64,000 nt of DNA from an uncultured delta proteobacterium (GTDB taxonomy: Bacteria > Myxococcota_A > Polyangia > Fen-1088): NCBI GenBank assembly GCA_963755125.1, contig CAVWIP010000007.1:135453-199452 (forward strand), read 5' to 3'. The notes under the pieces are model-generated. The model was given only the letters and a program-made list of their open reading frames with translations, did not search any database and was not told where the DNA came from. This document shows positions 1 to 11,111 of this stretch, piece after piece; position 1 is the first letter of the stretch, and each line of letters begins with the position of its first letter. The position numbers and the translations under genes were made by a program.

Positions 1-1582
1 TTCCGACGAGAACGCCCACCCGCACAAGGCCGGCCCCATCTCGGTGGTGCACAACGGGATCGTCGAGAACCACGTTGAGCTGCGCGAGCGGCTGATCGCC
101 TCGGGCCGCCATTTCTCTTCGCAGACTGACACCGAAGTGCTGGCCCATCTGATCGATGAGGCCTTGCAGGCAGGCGCGGGCTCGCTGGTCGAGGCGGTAC
201 GGACGGCCCTGCGCCAGGTGACGGGCGCCTACGCCATCGCGGTGCTGTCTGACCGCAGTCCGAATGCGCTGGTGGCGGCGAAGAATGCATCTCCGCTGGT
301 GTTGGGCGTGGGCAACGGCGAGACCTTCATCGCCTCGGATGCCCCCGCCATTCTTGAACAAACCCGCGACATGTTGTTCCTCGAGGACGGCGACATCGCG
401 GAACTGGATCGGTCAGGCGCGCGCATCACCGATCTCGACGGAAATCCCGTGGTGCGCAAGCCGCGCACCGTGACCTGGACGGCCGGGCAGGCTGAAAAGG
501 CCGGCTATCCGCACTTCATGTTGAAGGAGATCCACGAGCAGCCGCGCGCGGTGACCGATACCCTGCGCGGACGCCTGCTCCCCGACAGCAACGATGCCGT
601 CTTGGAGGACCAAGAGGTGACGCCGCTGCCCGGCCGCGTGGTCATCCTGGCCTGCGGGACCTCGTATCACGCCGGCCTGGTGGGCAAGTTCCTCATCGAG
701 AATATCGCGCGCATTGCTTGCGAAGTCGATCTGGCTAGCGAGTTCCGTTACCGGGAGCCGGTGGTTGGATCGAAGGATCTGGTGGTGGGCATCTCCCAGA
801 GCGGCGAAACCGCCGACACCCTGGCGGCGATCAAAGAGGCACGGGCGCGGGGCGCGCGCACCTTCGCCATCTGCAACGTGGTGGACTCGGCCATCCCACG
901 CGCCTCGGATCTGGTGCTGTACACGCACGCCGGTCCCGAGATCGGCGTTGCGTCCACCAAGTGCTTCACGGCCCAGCTCGCGGCGCTGGCGTTGCTGGCC
1001 ATTCACCTGGGCCGACGCAACGGCGCCCTGGCCGGCGTGGCGGCCACCGAGCTGGTGGGCGAACTGATGCACATCCCGCACAAGATGAGCGAAACGCTCA
1101 AGGAATGCGGTGATCTGAAGGTGCTGGCCCACAAGTACAAGAACGTGCGCGACTTCCTCTTTCTTGGGCGTGGTACCAACTACCCCATCGCGCTCGAGGG
1201 CGCGCTCAAGCTGAAAGAAGTTTCGTACATCCATGCCGAGGGCTATGCCGCCGGCGAGATGAAGCACGGGCCGATCGCGCTCATCGGCGACGGTTTGCCT
1301 GTGGTCATCATCGCGACTCGGGGCAAGGGCTACGACAAGGTGTTGTCGAATTTGGCCGAGGTGCGCGCCCGCGAGGGCCAGGTCATCGCGGTGGCCACCA
1401 AGGGCGACACGGCGATTCTGCAGCACTGCGAGGACGTGCTGTGGGTTTCCGATGCGCCGTCGCTGCTGCAGCCGATGCTGACCGTGCTGCCCCTGCAGAT
1501 GCTGGCCTACGCGGTGGCGCTGGCGCGCGGGAATGACGTGGATCAGCCGCGCAACTTGGCCAAGAGCGTGACCGTCGAGTAG
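1..1582 (+). CDS. glmS: Glutamine--fructose-6-phosphate aminotransferase (5' end outside window)
   Basis: ENAHPH and VHNGIVEN glutaminase motifs, SQSGETADT, ASTK, EMKHGP, C-terminal DQPRNLAKSVTVE; frame open from base 2. Confidence 0.98.
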   Translation, partial: SDENAHPHKAGPISVVHNGIVENHVELRERLIASGRHFSSQTDTEVLAHLIDEALQAGAGSLVEAVRTALRQVTGAYAIAVLSDRSPNALVAAKNASPLVLGVGNGETFIASDAPAILEQTRDMLFLEDGDIAELDRSGARITDLDGNPVVRKPRTVTWTAGQAEKAGYPHFMLKEIHEQPRAVTDTLRGRLLPDSNDAVLEDQEVTPLPGRVVILACGTSYHAGLVGKFLIENIARIACEVDLASEFRYREPVVGSKDLVVGISQSGETADTLAAIKEARARGARTFAICNVVDSAIPRASDLVLYTHAGPEIGVASTKCFTAQLAALALLAIHLGRRNGALAGVAATELVGELMHIPHKMSETLKECGDLKVLAHKYKNVRDFLFLGRGTNYPIALEGALKLKEVSYIHAEGYAAGEMKHGPIALIGDGLPVVIIATRGKGYDKVLSNLAEVRAREGQVIAVATKGDTAILQHCEDVLWVSDAPSLLQPMLTVLPLQMLAYAVALARGNDVDQPRNLAKSVTVE

Positions 1583-1612
1583 CGGCGTCGGCTGGGGAAG
1601 GCGCGGAGAAAC

Positions 1613-2716
1613 TCAGAGGCCCGAGTCAGCGCCAGCGCAGACACCGTCGTGGGCGGTGCGAACCCCGACCGCGACCGCGCAACTCGCGTTCGTGTACGAT
1701 TTTCCATCGCACCCACAGACCGGTTTCAGTTCTCCACCGCAGTCCGCCGTCGAGAAGGCGAGACATCCACCGGGGCCAGAGCACCCCGAGCCCGAGCAGA
1801 ACTCGATGTTGGTACATTGGCTATCATCCACACAGGAGATCGTCGTCCCCGGAGGAGGTGACGTACACAGGTATGGGATACTCGCATCGTAGCAGCGGCC
1901 TGTGATGGAGCAGCACTGCTGGCCCTGCGGACATTGGTCGCTCGTTGCGCAGTAGATCACGGGAGTACGCGGGCTGCCAGGCATTGCGTCGGGATCCACT
2001 GGGGTGCCGCACGGGAAGTGAGATAGCGTGGAAACGCCGGCTCGGCAGGCCGACTGAACATCCGGGTAGGTAACCCCGTCGCACCCGCAGTATTGCGCGG
2101 TTCCCGAACTGTAGCCGCAATTCGAACGTGATACGCAGGTCCCCGGTCCCTGGCAAAGGGCTTGACTCTCCGTCGAGCAGAACTGGGTCGGGCGGCAATC
2201 TGCGTTGGACGCGCAGGGGAGGGAAGCGCCGGTCGACGACGCACCCGCGAGGAAACCGCTGTCCGGCAGTGCGCTCGGGAGGGAACCGTCGTTCGACGGT
2301 ACGCTCGGTTTCGGGCAACTCGTCCCCGCGGTCGACGGGTCGATGCAATTCCCATCGAGCAAGCAGCAGATCTGTCCGGTGGGGCAGGTCACGCCGCCGC
2401 AGATCGCGGGCCTCGGCGTGGGTTCCGGACAATCGCTGGCGACTCGGCTCGGCGCCACGCAGTTCCCTGTGCTGAGGCAGCATTGTTGCCCCTGAGGACA
2501 AATCGTGGCGCCACAGATTCCGTCGTCCCCAACTCGTGCAACGGCTAGGCCGCTCCCGCTGCCCGAGCTGCCACCGGAAGCGTCGCTCGTGGCACTCGTG
2601 CCGCCACTCGACCCACCGCCGGCTGTCGCTGGGTTTCCTTTGAGCGGGTCGCGCCCGCACGCACACAGCAGGGACAGAAGCAGGAGAGCATTCGAGCAGA
2701 GTTTCATCTGGCGCAA
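1613..2716 (-). CDS. Cys-rich putative lipoprotein with Kazal-like domains
   Basis: Signal peptide with lipobox-like LCAC, Gly/Ser linker, two CGCDGxxY..C Kazal-like motifs, repeated CPxGQxCC. Confidence 0.7.
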   Translation of the reverse strand: MRQMKLCSNALLLLSLLCACGRDPLKGNPATAGGGSSGGTSATSDASGGSSGSGSGLAVARVGDDGICGATICPQGQQCCLSTGNCVAPSRVASDCPEPTPRPAICGGVTCPTGQICCLLDGNCIDPSTAGTSCPKPSVPSNDGSLPSALPDSGFLAGASSTGASLPCASNADCRPTQFCSTESQALCQGPGTCVSRSNCGYSSGTAQYCGCDGVTYPDVQSACRAGVSTLSHFPCGTPVDPDAMPGSPRTPVIYCATSDQCPQGQQCCSITGRCYDASIPYLCTSPPPGTTISCVDDSQCTNIEFCSGSGCSGPGGCLAFSTADCGGELKPVCGCDGKSYTNASCAVAVGVRTAHDGVCAGADSGL

Positions 2717-2895
2717 AGGACCGCTCGGACTCTATCACCGCGCGCCTCTCGTGGAACACACGCTTTGCGGCCAGCGGAGCGATGCAGTGTGCCGCAGAAA
2801 TACTAATCTTTGTGGCGATGAGGCGTGGATGTGATACAAATTGGCATCGTAGTCGTCATGTTTCTGTGGATATTCGGGGTGAGATCTGACGATTT

Positions 2896-4710
2896 ATGAG
2901 AAAAAAGGCAAAGATGGCAAAGACGGCAGTGAAGAAGAAGACAAAGTCGCGCCAGAATACGCAACTTCGAGGCAAGCCCGCCACTGCGGCTCAAGCCCAG
3001 GAGAAGATTCCCACTGGCGGCGAGAAGGTCGTGCAGTGCCTGGAGCGCGAAAGCGTGGAGATCATCTTCGGGTTGCCGGGCGGCGCCGCCATCCCGCTCT
3101 TCGACGCGCTCATCGGGTCGAAGATCAAGCTGGTCCGGGTTCGCCACGAGCAGGGCGCGACCCACATGGCCGACGGCTACGCGCGCGCGACCGGCAAGCC
3201 GGGCGTCGTGTTGGTGACCTCGGGTCCGGGCGCCACCAACACCATCACCGGCCTGTACACCGCGCTCATGGACTCGGTGCCCATGGTGGTCATCACCGCG
3301 CAGGTAGTGCGGTCGCTGCTGGGCAAAGACGCCTTCCAGGAAGCGGACATGACCGGCATCACCTATCCCGTGGTCAAGCACAGCTATCTCGTGCGCCAGG
3401 CCGCCGACATCCCGCGCATCATCAAAGAGGCTTTCTACATTGCCACCACCGGCCGGCCTGGCCCGGTGCTGGTTGACCTGCCCAAGGATCTGGCGGCCGG
3501 CCCCTGTGACGCTCCCTTTGTCGATTCGGTCGACCTGCCCGGCTACCACGTGCCCAGCCGGGCGGAGGCGCAGGACCTCGCGCGGGCCGCGCAGTTTCTC
3601 GGCAAGAGCCGCCGGCCTGTGCTTTACGTCGGGCACGGCGCAGTCATGTCCGACGCGGGCCCGGCGATCCTCGAACTCGCCGAGAAGCTGCAAGCGCCGG
3701 TGGTCACCACCCTTTTGGGTAAGGGTGCGGTGCCCGAGGATCAGCCCTTGCACCTCGGAATGCTGGGCATGCACGGCACTGCCTACGCCAACAAGGCGGT
3801 GGCCGACTGCGATCTCATCATGGCTATCGGTGCACGCTGGGACGATCGCATCACCGGCAAGCTGTCCGAGTTCTGCCGGGACGCCGTCAAGATTCACGTG
3901 GACGTGGACCGGGCTGAGTTCGGCAAGATCCTGGTGCCCGACCTGGCCCTGTCCGGTGATGCGCGCCTGGTGATCGAGGATCTCATCCCGCTGGTCGACA
4001 AAGGCGAGCGGACCGAATGGTTGGAGCAGATCGCGGCTTGGCGCCTGGAATTCCCGCTGCACTACCCGAAGAAGGGTGGCTTGCGACCGCAACACATTTT
4101 GGATCGGTTGGACAAGCTGGGCGGCCGCGACTCGATCGTGGTCACCGACGTGGGTCAGCACCAGATGTGGGCCGCCCAGTTCCTGCGCACCACGTGCAAT
4201 CGTCATTGGTTGTCATCGGGCGGCGCCGGGACCATGGGTTTCGGCTTCCCGGCGGCCATCGGCGCCAAGCTGGGCCATCCCGAACGGCCGGTATGGGCCG
4301 TCGTCGGCGACGGCGGGTTCCAGATGACGCTGTCCGAGCTGGCCACGGCCGTGGTGCACAAGCTGGCGGTCAAGGTCATCATCATGAACAACCACTACCT
4401 GGGCATGGTTCGTCAGTGGCAGGAGATGTTCTACGACAACCGCCTGTCGGGCATCGACCTCGACGGCAATCCCGATTTCGTCAAGCTGGCCGAGGCCTAC
4501 GGGGCTAAGGGTCTGCACCTGCGTCGGGCCGCCGACGTGGACCGCGTGCTCCAGGCGGCCATGGAATACGATGCTGGTCCCTGCCTCATCGACGCCGAGG
4601 TGGTGAAGGAAGGCAACGTATTCCCCATGGTGCCCGCGGGCGCCAGCTTCCGCGAGATGATCATCGATCCGCCGCGCGCCGAACCCGACGAAAGCGAGGA
4701 GCCGTCATGA
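2896..4710 (+). CDS. ilvB: Acetolactate synthase large subunit
   Basis: [24 protein letters not shown]-binding GDGGFQM, GMVRQWQ. Confidence 0.97.
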   Translation: MRKKAKMAKTAVKKKTKSRQNTQLRGKPATAAQAQEKIPTGGEKVVQCLERESVEIIFGLPGGAAIPLFDALIGSKIKLVRVRHEQGATHMADGYARATGKPGVVLVTSGPGATNTITGLYTALMDSVPMVVITAQVVRSLLGKDAFQEADMTGITYPVVKHSYLVRQAADIPRIIKEAFYIATTGRPGPVLVDLPKDLAAGPCDAPFVDSVDLPGYHVPSRAEAQDLARAAQFLGKSRRPVLYVGHGAVMSDAGPAILELAEKLQAPVVTTLLGKGAVPEDQPLHLGMLGMHGTAYANKAVADCDLIMAIGARWDDRITGKLSEFCRDAVKIHVDVDRAEFGKILVPDLALSGDARLVIEDLIPLVDKGERTEWLEQIAAWRLEFPLHYPKKGGLRPQHILDRLDKLGGRDSIVVTDVGQHQMWAAQFLRTTCNRHWLSSGGAGTMGFGFPAAIGAKLGHPERPVWAVVGDGGFQMTLSELATAVVHKLAVKVIIMNNHYLGMVRQWQEMFYDNRLSGIDLDGNPDFVKLAEAYGAKGLHLRRAADVDRVLQAAMEYDAGPCLIDAEVVKEGNVFPMVPAGASFREMIIDPPRAEPDESEEPS

Positions 4711-4753
4711 CCGCACCTGCGTGCCTGCCATCGACCCTGAGCGAGAGGAAATC

Positions 4754-5287
4754 ATGAGTGCCGCACTTGCCGCCCCCGTGGCCGTGGCTGAAGCCAATCC
4801 TTTGCACACCATCTCGGTGCTGGTGCGCAACCAGCCCGGTGTGCTGGTGCGCGTGGCCCTGGTGTTCGCCCGCCGCGGCTACAACATCGAGAGCCTGGTG
4901 GTCAGCCCCGACCCAAGCGACGCCGGCTTTTCGCGCATGACCATCACCTGCCGGGGCGCGGCCGACACCCTGGAACAGATGATCCGGCAGGTGGCCAAGC
5001 TGGTCGACGTGGTACACGCCATCGATCACACCGGCCAGTCGGTGGTGGAGACCGAGATCGCGCTCATCAAGCTGCAGGCCGAGGTGAGCGAGCGAACCGA
5101 GATCTTGCAGATCGCCGAGCACTACAAGGCCAAGGTGGTTGACTGCGGGACCGGCTCGCTCATTCTGCGGGTGACCGGCGGCAGCGAGAAACTGGACAGC
5201 TTCATCTCGCTGCTGCGCCCCTTCGGCCTGGTCGAACTGGTCCGCTCCGGCAAGATCCTGATGACCCGCGGGCCAGAGACGACATAG
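4754..5287 (+). CDS. ilvN: Acetolactate synthase small (regulatory) subunit
   Basis: ACT domain NQPGVLxRV..FARRGYNIESL; directly downstream of ilvB. Confidence 0.95.
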   Translation: MSAALAAPVAVAEANPLHTISVLVRNQPGVLVRVALVFARRGYNIESLVVSPDPSDAGFSRMTITCRGAADTLEQMIRQVAKLVDVVHAIDHTGQSVVETEIALIKLQAEVSERTEILQIAEHYKAKVVDCGTGSLILRVTGGSEKLDSFISLLRPFGLVELVRSGKILMTRGPETT

Positions 5288-5314
5288 AGACGATTCGGTG
5301 ACTACAATAGCACG

Positions 5315-6211
5315 GTGACTGCTGAGGTCCCTGCCGAAGCTGCCGTGCGCGTGTCGCCCAGTCGCGCGCAGGCGGAGGCGTGGGATTTCGTCCTCGAAGC
5401 CGTAGGCATTGCCCACCGGATGGGAATAACCGAGGAGGGCTGGGCCGTGCTGGTGCCGCCCCCGCTGGTGGCCACGGCGCTGGCCGCGCTCGATGCCGCC
5501 GACCGGGAGGCCAGCGAGGAGCCGGCGCGCGAGCCGCAGGCACCCGACCACGGGCGATCCTTTGTCGGGCTGGCCGCGGCGGCGACCATCGCGGCCTTCT
5601 TCTGGGTGTCAGGGCCGCGCGCTGGCGCCGATGCCGGCGGTTGGTTTCGCGCCGGCAGTGGCATCGCGGGTTCGATCGTGCACGGGCAGTGGTGGCGGGC
5701 CGTGACCGCGCTCACCCTGCACACCGATTTCATGCATGTCACGGGCAACGCAGTGGCGTTCCTGGTGTTCCTTTCGGCGCTAGGGCGCTGGCTGGGCGGG
5801 GGTCTGGCGCTCCTCGCGACTCTGCTGGCGGGTGCGGCCGGCAACCTTCTCACTGCGTACGTCTATGGCAATCCCCACACCGTGGTGGGGGCGTCCACCG
5901 CAACCTTTGCGGCTTTGGGGTTGCTGGCTGGCCTGCAGTTCCTACGGCGCTACAGTGCACGAACAGTGGGTCGCTTCAAGCGCGCCTTTCTTCTGGCCAT
6001 CGCGGCCAGCCTGGGCCTTTTCGCCATGCTGGGCGTGGGCGACCGATCCGACATGCTGGCCCATGCCGCGGGCCTGCTCTTCGGCCTGGGCTTTGGTCTG
6101 TTTCTCGGACACTTCGTGCGACGGCCGGTGAGACAGCCAGCACAGGCCCTCTGCCTGATCGCGACCGTGGCCACGGTCGCGGGTGCGTGGCTTCTGGCCT
6201 TCAGGCATTAG
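5315..6211 (+). CDS. Rhomboid family intramembrane serine protease
   Basis: WWRAVTALTLH, HxxGN, GAS catalytic Ser, AHAAGL His motif; hydrophobic helices. Confidence 0.9.
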   Translation: MTAEVPAEAAVRVSPSRAQAEAWDFVLEAVGIAHRMGITEEGWAVLVPPPLVATALAALDAADREASEEPAREPQAPDHGRSFVGLAAAATIAAFFWVSGPRAGADAGGWFRAGSGIAGSIVHGQWWRAVTALTLHTDFMHVTGNAVAFLVFLSALGRWLGGGLALLATLLAGAAGNLLTAYVYGNPHTVVGASTATFAALGLLAGLQFLRRYSARTVGRFKRAFLLAIAASLGLFAMLGVGDRSDMLAHAAGLLFGLGFGLFLGHFVRRPVRQPAQALCLIATVATVAGAWLLAFRH

Positions 6212-6351
6212 GTGCCGCCGATCGAGAATTCGTAGCTGGTTGACCGACCGCGGCCCCGGCGCGCGGATCCGTTTCCGGCCCCGGCCCACCGGCCTCCGGC
6301 TTCCGGCTCCGGTGCTGCGAGGTCGCGCGGCCCATGGTATGTCAGCTGGCC

Positions 6352-7752
6352 ATGAGTAAGCGAAAGTCGTTCTCGCAGTCGGAGCTACGCGACCGCAGCG
6401 CCGGCCTGCGCCGCGAGTTCGAGGAGAAACTGGCCGCCTTGGTCGAGATCCCGTCGGTGAGCATGGATCCCGGCCGCCGGACCGACATGGAGAAGGTCGC
6501 GCAGCAGGGCTGCGCGCTTCTGCGCGAGATGGGTGCGCAGGTCGAATGCATCGGGACCGCGGGACTCCCCCTGGTGCTCGGGCGCCTGGTGCAAGACGCG
6601 AAGTACCCGACGGTGACCATCTACAATCACCTCGACGTGCAACCCGCGGAAGCCAACGAGTGGCACAGCCCGCCCTTCAAGCTGGTCCGCGACGGTGACA
6701 GATGGCACGGCCGCGGCGCTACCGACGACAAGGGGCCAGCCCTGGCCGCGCTCTTCGGCGCGCGACTGGCTTTGCAGGACGGCGTCCGCCTCAACTTCCA
6801 GTTCCTCTGGGAAACCGAGGAGGAGGTGGGCAGTCCCAGTTTCGAGGGTGCACTTCGCAAGCTTGCCAGGGGCGGCAAGCAACGGACCCCGCTGCGTACG
6901 GATTCCATCGTGGTCTCCGACACGCTGTGGCCGCAGGCGGGTCGTCCGGCAATCCCGTATGGTCTGCGCGGCCTTCTCGGTTTCTGCGTGCGACTGCAGA
7001 CCGGCGACAAGGACGTACATTCGGGGACGACCGGCGGTGCTGCCCGCAATCCGTTGGGCGAATTGTGCGCGCTCATCAACGATTGCTACGACGCCCGCAC
7101 CGGCAGGGTGAAGATTCCTGGCTTCTACCGCGACGTTCGTCGCGTCGGTGCGACCGAGCGCCGTCGGCTCGCCAGCGCCGGCTTTTCTCGTCGCCGCTTC
7201 CAGCGTGCGCACGGCCTTTCTAGCGTGCGCTTTGCCGACGACGCTCACCTGCGCGAGGCCATCATGACCGCGCCCACCTTCGAGGTTCACGGCCTGACCG
7301 GCGGCTACACCGGGGCTGGCATCAAGACCATCGTGCCCCATCGGGCCGAGGCCAAGCTGTCCTGCCGGCTGGTGCCCGACCAGATCCCGGCGCGCATGTT
7401 TCGTCTGATTGAAGGTTTCGTGCGGCACCACTGCCCCGACGCCCAGGTGATTCACGAATCCTCGCTGTCGCCCTATCTCGTCGATCCGTCGGGTCCGCAC
7501 TTGGAAGCCGCCCAGCAGGCCATGTACGAAGCCTTCGGCAAGCGGCCCGCGCTCACCCGCGAGGGTGGCTCGATCGGCGCGGTGGTGACCATGGATCGAA
7601 TCCTGCGCGCGCCCGTAGTGTTGCTCGGACTGGCGTTGCCCGAGCACGGCTACCACGCCATCGACGAGAACTTCGACTGGGGCCAGGCCGGTCGGGGCAT
7701 GGAGATGTTCTGTCGCTACTTTCACAAGTTGGCCGATCTCCCTCGACGTTGA
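6352..7752 (+). CDS. M20/M25/M40 family metallopeptidase (dipeptidase-like)
   Basis: YNHLDVQP, GRGATDDKG, EEEVGS, H-x-x-DE C-terminal motif. Confidence 0.92.
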   Translation: MSKRKSFSQSELRDRSAGLRREFEEKLAALVEIPSVSMDPGRRTDMEKVAQQGCALLREMGAQVECIGTAGLPLVLGRLVQDAKYPTVTIYNHLDVQPAEANEWHSPPFKLVRDGDRWHGRGATDDKGPALAALFGARLALQDGVRLNFQFLWETEEEVGSPSFEGALRKLARGGKQRTPLRTDSIVVSDTLWPQAGRPAIPYGLRGLLGFCVRLQTGDKDVHSGTTGGAARNPLGELCALINDCYDARTGRVKIPGFYRDVRRVGATERRRLASAGFSRRRFQRAHGLSSVRFADDAHLREAIMTAPTFEVHGLTGGYTGAGIKTIVPHRAEAKLSCRLVPDQIPARMFRLIEGFVRHHCPDAQVIHESSLSPYLVDPSGPHLEAAQQAMYEAFGKRPALTREGGSIGAVVTMDRILRAPVVLLGLALPEHGYHAIDENFDWGQAGRGMEMFCRYFHKLADLPRR

Positions 7753-7890
7753 TGACGGGCGGCTGTCCGTGCGTCGAGCTTCGGCGCGCCTCATGGCGAG
7801 CGCCATGGCACCGCGCACGCCCGGCGCTATGCTTTGCGAATGTCTTCCCCCGACAGCCGACTCGCTGGTGACGAGCGCGCAAAGCCGCAG

Positions 7891-8304
7891 ATGACGGCAA
7901 CGCAGAGCCGTGGCGCCTGGAAGATTGTCATCTCCGTGGTCGTCGTGGCCGCAGCCCTGGGCGGACTCTTGTGGGCATCGACGCGGGAAGGCGCCGAGTA
8001 CTACAAGTACGTCGACGAGGTCCTGGCGGACGCCGCCCGCTATCAAGGCAAACGCCTGCGCGTGCACGGCGACGTGGTGGAGGGCTCGCTGGAATCGGAC
8101 AAGGCGTCGCTGCGCTATCGTTTCAAGCTGACCAGCCGGGCCCCGCGCGCGCCTGCCGTCATCGGCGCCGAGTTTCACGGCATTCCACCCGATACCTTCA
8201 AGGCAGGCGCGGAAGTCATCGCCGCCGGTGTGCTCGCGCCTGACGGACGCCTGTTGGCCGACAAGATCGAGACCAAGTGTCCGTCGAAGTACGAGGCAAA
8301 GTAG
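7891..8304 (+). CDS. ccmE: Cytochrome c maturation protein CcmE (CxxxY type)
   Basis: N-terminal TM helix, LRVHG.V..GS, GIPPDTF, C-terminal KCPSKY. Confidence 0.88.
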   Translation: MTATQSRGAWKIVISVVVVAAALGGLLWASTREGAEYYKYVDEVLADAARYQGKRLRVHGDVVEGSLESDKASLRYRFKLTSRAPRAPAVIGAEFHGIPPDTFKAGAEVIAAGVLAPDGRLLADKIETKCPSKYEAK

Positions 8305-8305
8305 G

Positions 8306-9838
8306 CTACAGGTAGCGCAACCCATCGACCACGCGCAGCCGGGCGGCGCGCACCGCTGGGTAGAGAGTGGCTACGAAACAGATGAGCTGGGTGGCGGCCG
8401 CCACCAGCAGGATCTCGGGCAGGGAGATCTGCACCGGCAGGCGCGCAATCAGGTACACCTTGGGATCCAAGGGATAGCCGTAGAGCCCGGCCAGGCCGCA
8501 GATGGCCAGGCCGTACAGGATACCGAGACCGGTACCCGCGAAACCCACGAAGGTTCCCGCGGCCAAGAAGACCCGCAGCAGCGTCGAGGAGCGCGCGCCC
8601 ATGGAAGCGAGAATCGCGATCTCGCGCACCTTGGACAGCACGATGAGCATGAGCGAGGCGATGATGTTGAACGCGGCCACCACGATGATGAAGAAGAGCA
8701 GGATGGCAATCACCAGCTTCTGCATCGACAGCGCCGCGAACAGATTGCGGTTGAGCGTCTTCCAGTCGATCACGCGCGCCTCTGGGCCCAGGCGGCGTTC
8801 AACCTCGGGCTCGATGCGGACGGCCTGCATCGGGTCGGCAAAGCGCAACTCCACTCCAAAAATCGACTGGCGCGCGTTGCCCATGCGGCGCGCATCCTCC
8901 AGGTTGATGTAGGCGAGGCGCGCGTCGTACTCGTGAAAGCCCAGCGACGAGATGCCGACCACGCGGAAGGTGTAGGCGCTGGGCGCCGAGTCGATGCCCC
9001 CGGAGAAGGGCACCAGGACCTGCAGGCAATCGCCTACGCGGCTGTGCAGGCGATGCGCCAGCTCGCTGCCCAGCACGATCCGGCCCACTGGTTCGGCCGC
9101 GGCCGGGTCCTGAACCGGCTGCGCCTCCGCGCAGTGGGCCGGCCGTCCCAGGTCATCCAGAGAGCCGGCCACCATGATCCGTCGCAGTTCGGGTGCGCCA
9201 TCGGAGAGGTCGACACCTTTGAGGTTGGCGCCTACCTTGCCAATCATGACTTCGCCGGCTGTGAAGCTGAAGGTGGACATGCGCTCCAGCCCGGGCAGGC
9301 CCGCCAGTTTCTTCTTGATGACCTCCGCGTCCCGCTCTGCCTCCGCCATGTCCCGTTCCAGCCCATACGAGGTCACGATGAGGTGGGCGTTGACCGCCAG
9401 GACCTTGTCCTGAAACTCGTGCTCGAAGCCGCTGGTCACGGCCAGCACCACCACCAGCGACGCGACTCCCAGGACAACTCCCATGGTCGAAACCGTGGTG
9501 AAGACGGAGAACACCCGTAGCAGGACGAACAAGAGCATGGCCAGGGCAGCCACCAGCGCGAGGACCACGCCCGCAGTCTCCAGGCCACGCACCTGACCGC
9601 GAGCCGCCGCCATCATCCCGAGGCCGGCCAAGACTCCCGCCACGGTTGCGTACAGGCCGACCCGGATGGCACGCGAGGGTGACGTGCGCTGCAGGTAGCG
9701 CACGGCCACGAAGCGCTCGAAGCGGTATGCGAAGAAAAGGGAAACGATCGCGACCAGGATGGCGAGCCCCGCCCCGATGGGGCCGAGCAGGGAAAGGGAC
9801 TCGCCGAACAATCTGGTCACCAGGGGGACAGGGGACAT
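8306..9838 (-). CDS. Lipoprotein-releasing ABC transporter permease (LolC/E family)
   Basis: GVASLVVVLAVTSGF, IIVVAAFNII, REIAILxSMGA, YPAxRAA motifs. Confidence 0.92.
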   Translation of the reverse strand: MSPVPLVTRLFGESLSLLGPIGAGLAILVAIVSLFFAYRFERFVAVRYLQRTSPSRAIRVGLYATVAGVLAGLGMMAAARGQVRGLETAGVVLALVAALAMLLFVLLRVFSVFTTVSTMGVVLGVASLVVVLAVTSGFEHEFQDKVLAVNAHLIVTSYGLERDMAEAERDAEVIKKKLAGLPGLERMSTFSFTAGEVMIGKVGANLKGVDLSDGAPELRRIMVAGSLDDLGRPAHCAEAQPVQDPAAAEPVGRIVLGSELAHRLHSRVGDCLQVLVPFSGGIDSAPSAYTFRVVGISSLGFHEYDARLAYINLEDARRMGNARQSIFGVELRFADPMQAVRIEPEVERRLGPEARVIDWKTLNRNLFAALSMQKLVIAILLFFIIVVAAFNIIASLMLIVLSKVREIAILASMGARSSTLLRVFLAAGTFVGFAGTGLGILYGLAICGLAGLYGYPLDPKVYLIARLPVQISLPEILLVAAATQLICFVATLYPAVRAARLRVVDGLRYL

Positions 9839-9976
9839 GTGCCCCGCAAGCTACGAGACGAAGACCATGTGGTCAAACCCGAGCGAGCGGCGCGTGCCCG
9901 TGCGATCCGGCGGCTGTCGTCGACCCCGAGACCTTCCTTGACAGAGCTGACCAGCAAAACTTACCGTTGCACCTTG

Positions 9977-11047
9977 ATGGGCTTGGTTCGTTCTCATCTT
10001 GCCGCGTCAGTCGTGATGCTCGTGATGGCCACGTTCGCCTCTCGCGCGTGGGCAGGAAGGAACGACCTCCAGCTGCTCAACCTGTGCCCCCAGGCGCCGT
10101 CCAGCCTGCCTGGCGGGGTTCCGGAGTGCTCGTGGGTGCAGCGCGGAGCCGACGGTTCGATCACGGGCCCGGTCGTGCCGGACCTGAATGGCAGGCAGGA
10201 CTTCCGCAGCCTGATGTCCGAGTTGGGCGTCGTGCTCGCACCCCGCATCCCCATGGTGGCTGACACGGCAGGGATCGCCGGGTTCCAGCTTTCCGCCGAG
10301 CTCGGCCTGACGGGGATCAGCAACAACCAGAGGTTCTGGAACGGCGTCGAGGGCGTGTCAGCGAACAATCCCATGGCCACACGACCCGATGCCATGCTGA
10401 CGACGGTGGGGGCGTTTGTGCGCAAGGGGATCCTGTTGCCCGTGCCGACCATCGAGTTGGGTTTCGGGGTCATGCACCTTCTCGACTCCCAGCTCCTGGC
10501 TTGGCAAAGCTACGCGAAGGTGGCAATCCACGAGGGGTTTCACGACTGGCCTGTCCCCTCCTTCGCGGTGCGCGGAGCGGTTTCATACCTGACCGGCACG
10601 GATCAGGTGACTATGACAACCACCAGCCTCGACTTTCTGGTGTCGAAGGGATTCGGCCTCCTCGGGACGGCTCGGCTCGAGCCCTTTGCCGGCTGGAGCT
10701 GGATTTCAATCTTCGCCCATAGCGGACGTCTGGATGCCACGCCCTCGTGCGATGCCACCCAGCTTGCGGCTTTGCCCGCTGGCAGCGATCCGGGAAACCC
10801 GTACTGCGCCCCGTCTCAGTCCGGAACGAAGAACGATTTCAACGCGAACTTCAGTTTCCCGGATCAAAACGTCATCACTCGTTACCGATTGTTCGCCGGA
10901 TTCAAGCTTCGGTTCGCAATCGTATTCTTTGCCGCGCAATATGAGGTCTTCTTCGCCGGCTCAAGCCGAGACGGAAGCGCATACAGCGCTAAAGATCAGA
11001 GCGGCACGCAGAACGCCATGTCGCTCAGCACCGGCCTGGACTTCTGA
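9977..11047 (+). CDS. Exported hypothetical protein, probable outer-membrane beta-barrel
   Basis: Signal peptide ending AWA, alternating beta-strand pattern, terminal Phe (GLDF); start uncertain. Confidence 0.6.
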   Translation: MGLVRSHLAASVVMLVMATFASRAWAGRNDLQLLNLCPQAPSSLPGGVPECSWVQRGADGSITGPVVPDLNGRQDFRSLMSELGVVLAPRIPMVADTAGIAGFQLSAELGLTGISNNQRFWNGVEGVSANNPMATRPDAMLTTVGAFVRKGILLPVPTIELGFGVMHLLDSQLLAWQSYAKVAIHEGFHDWPVPSFAVRGAVSYLTGTDQVTMTTTSLDFLVSKGFGLLGTARLEPFAGWSWISIFAHSGRLDATPSCDATQLAALPAGSDPGNPYCAPSQSGTKNDFNANFSFPDQNVITRYRLFAGFKLRFAIVFFAAQYEVFFAGSSRDGSAYSAKDQSGTQNAMSLSTGLDF

Positions 11048-11094
11048 CAGTCGTGTAACTCCTCCTAGGGGGCTCGCATGATCGCGTAGGCGAA

Positions 11095-11111
11095 GGCGGG
11101 CTTTGCCCGCC
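11095..11111. terminator. GC hairpin between convergent genes, possible bidirectional terminator or part of a REP-like element
   Basis: GGCGGGC-TTT-GCCCGCC perfect 7-bp stem. Confidence 0.4.
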
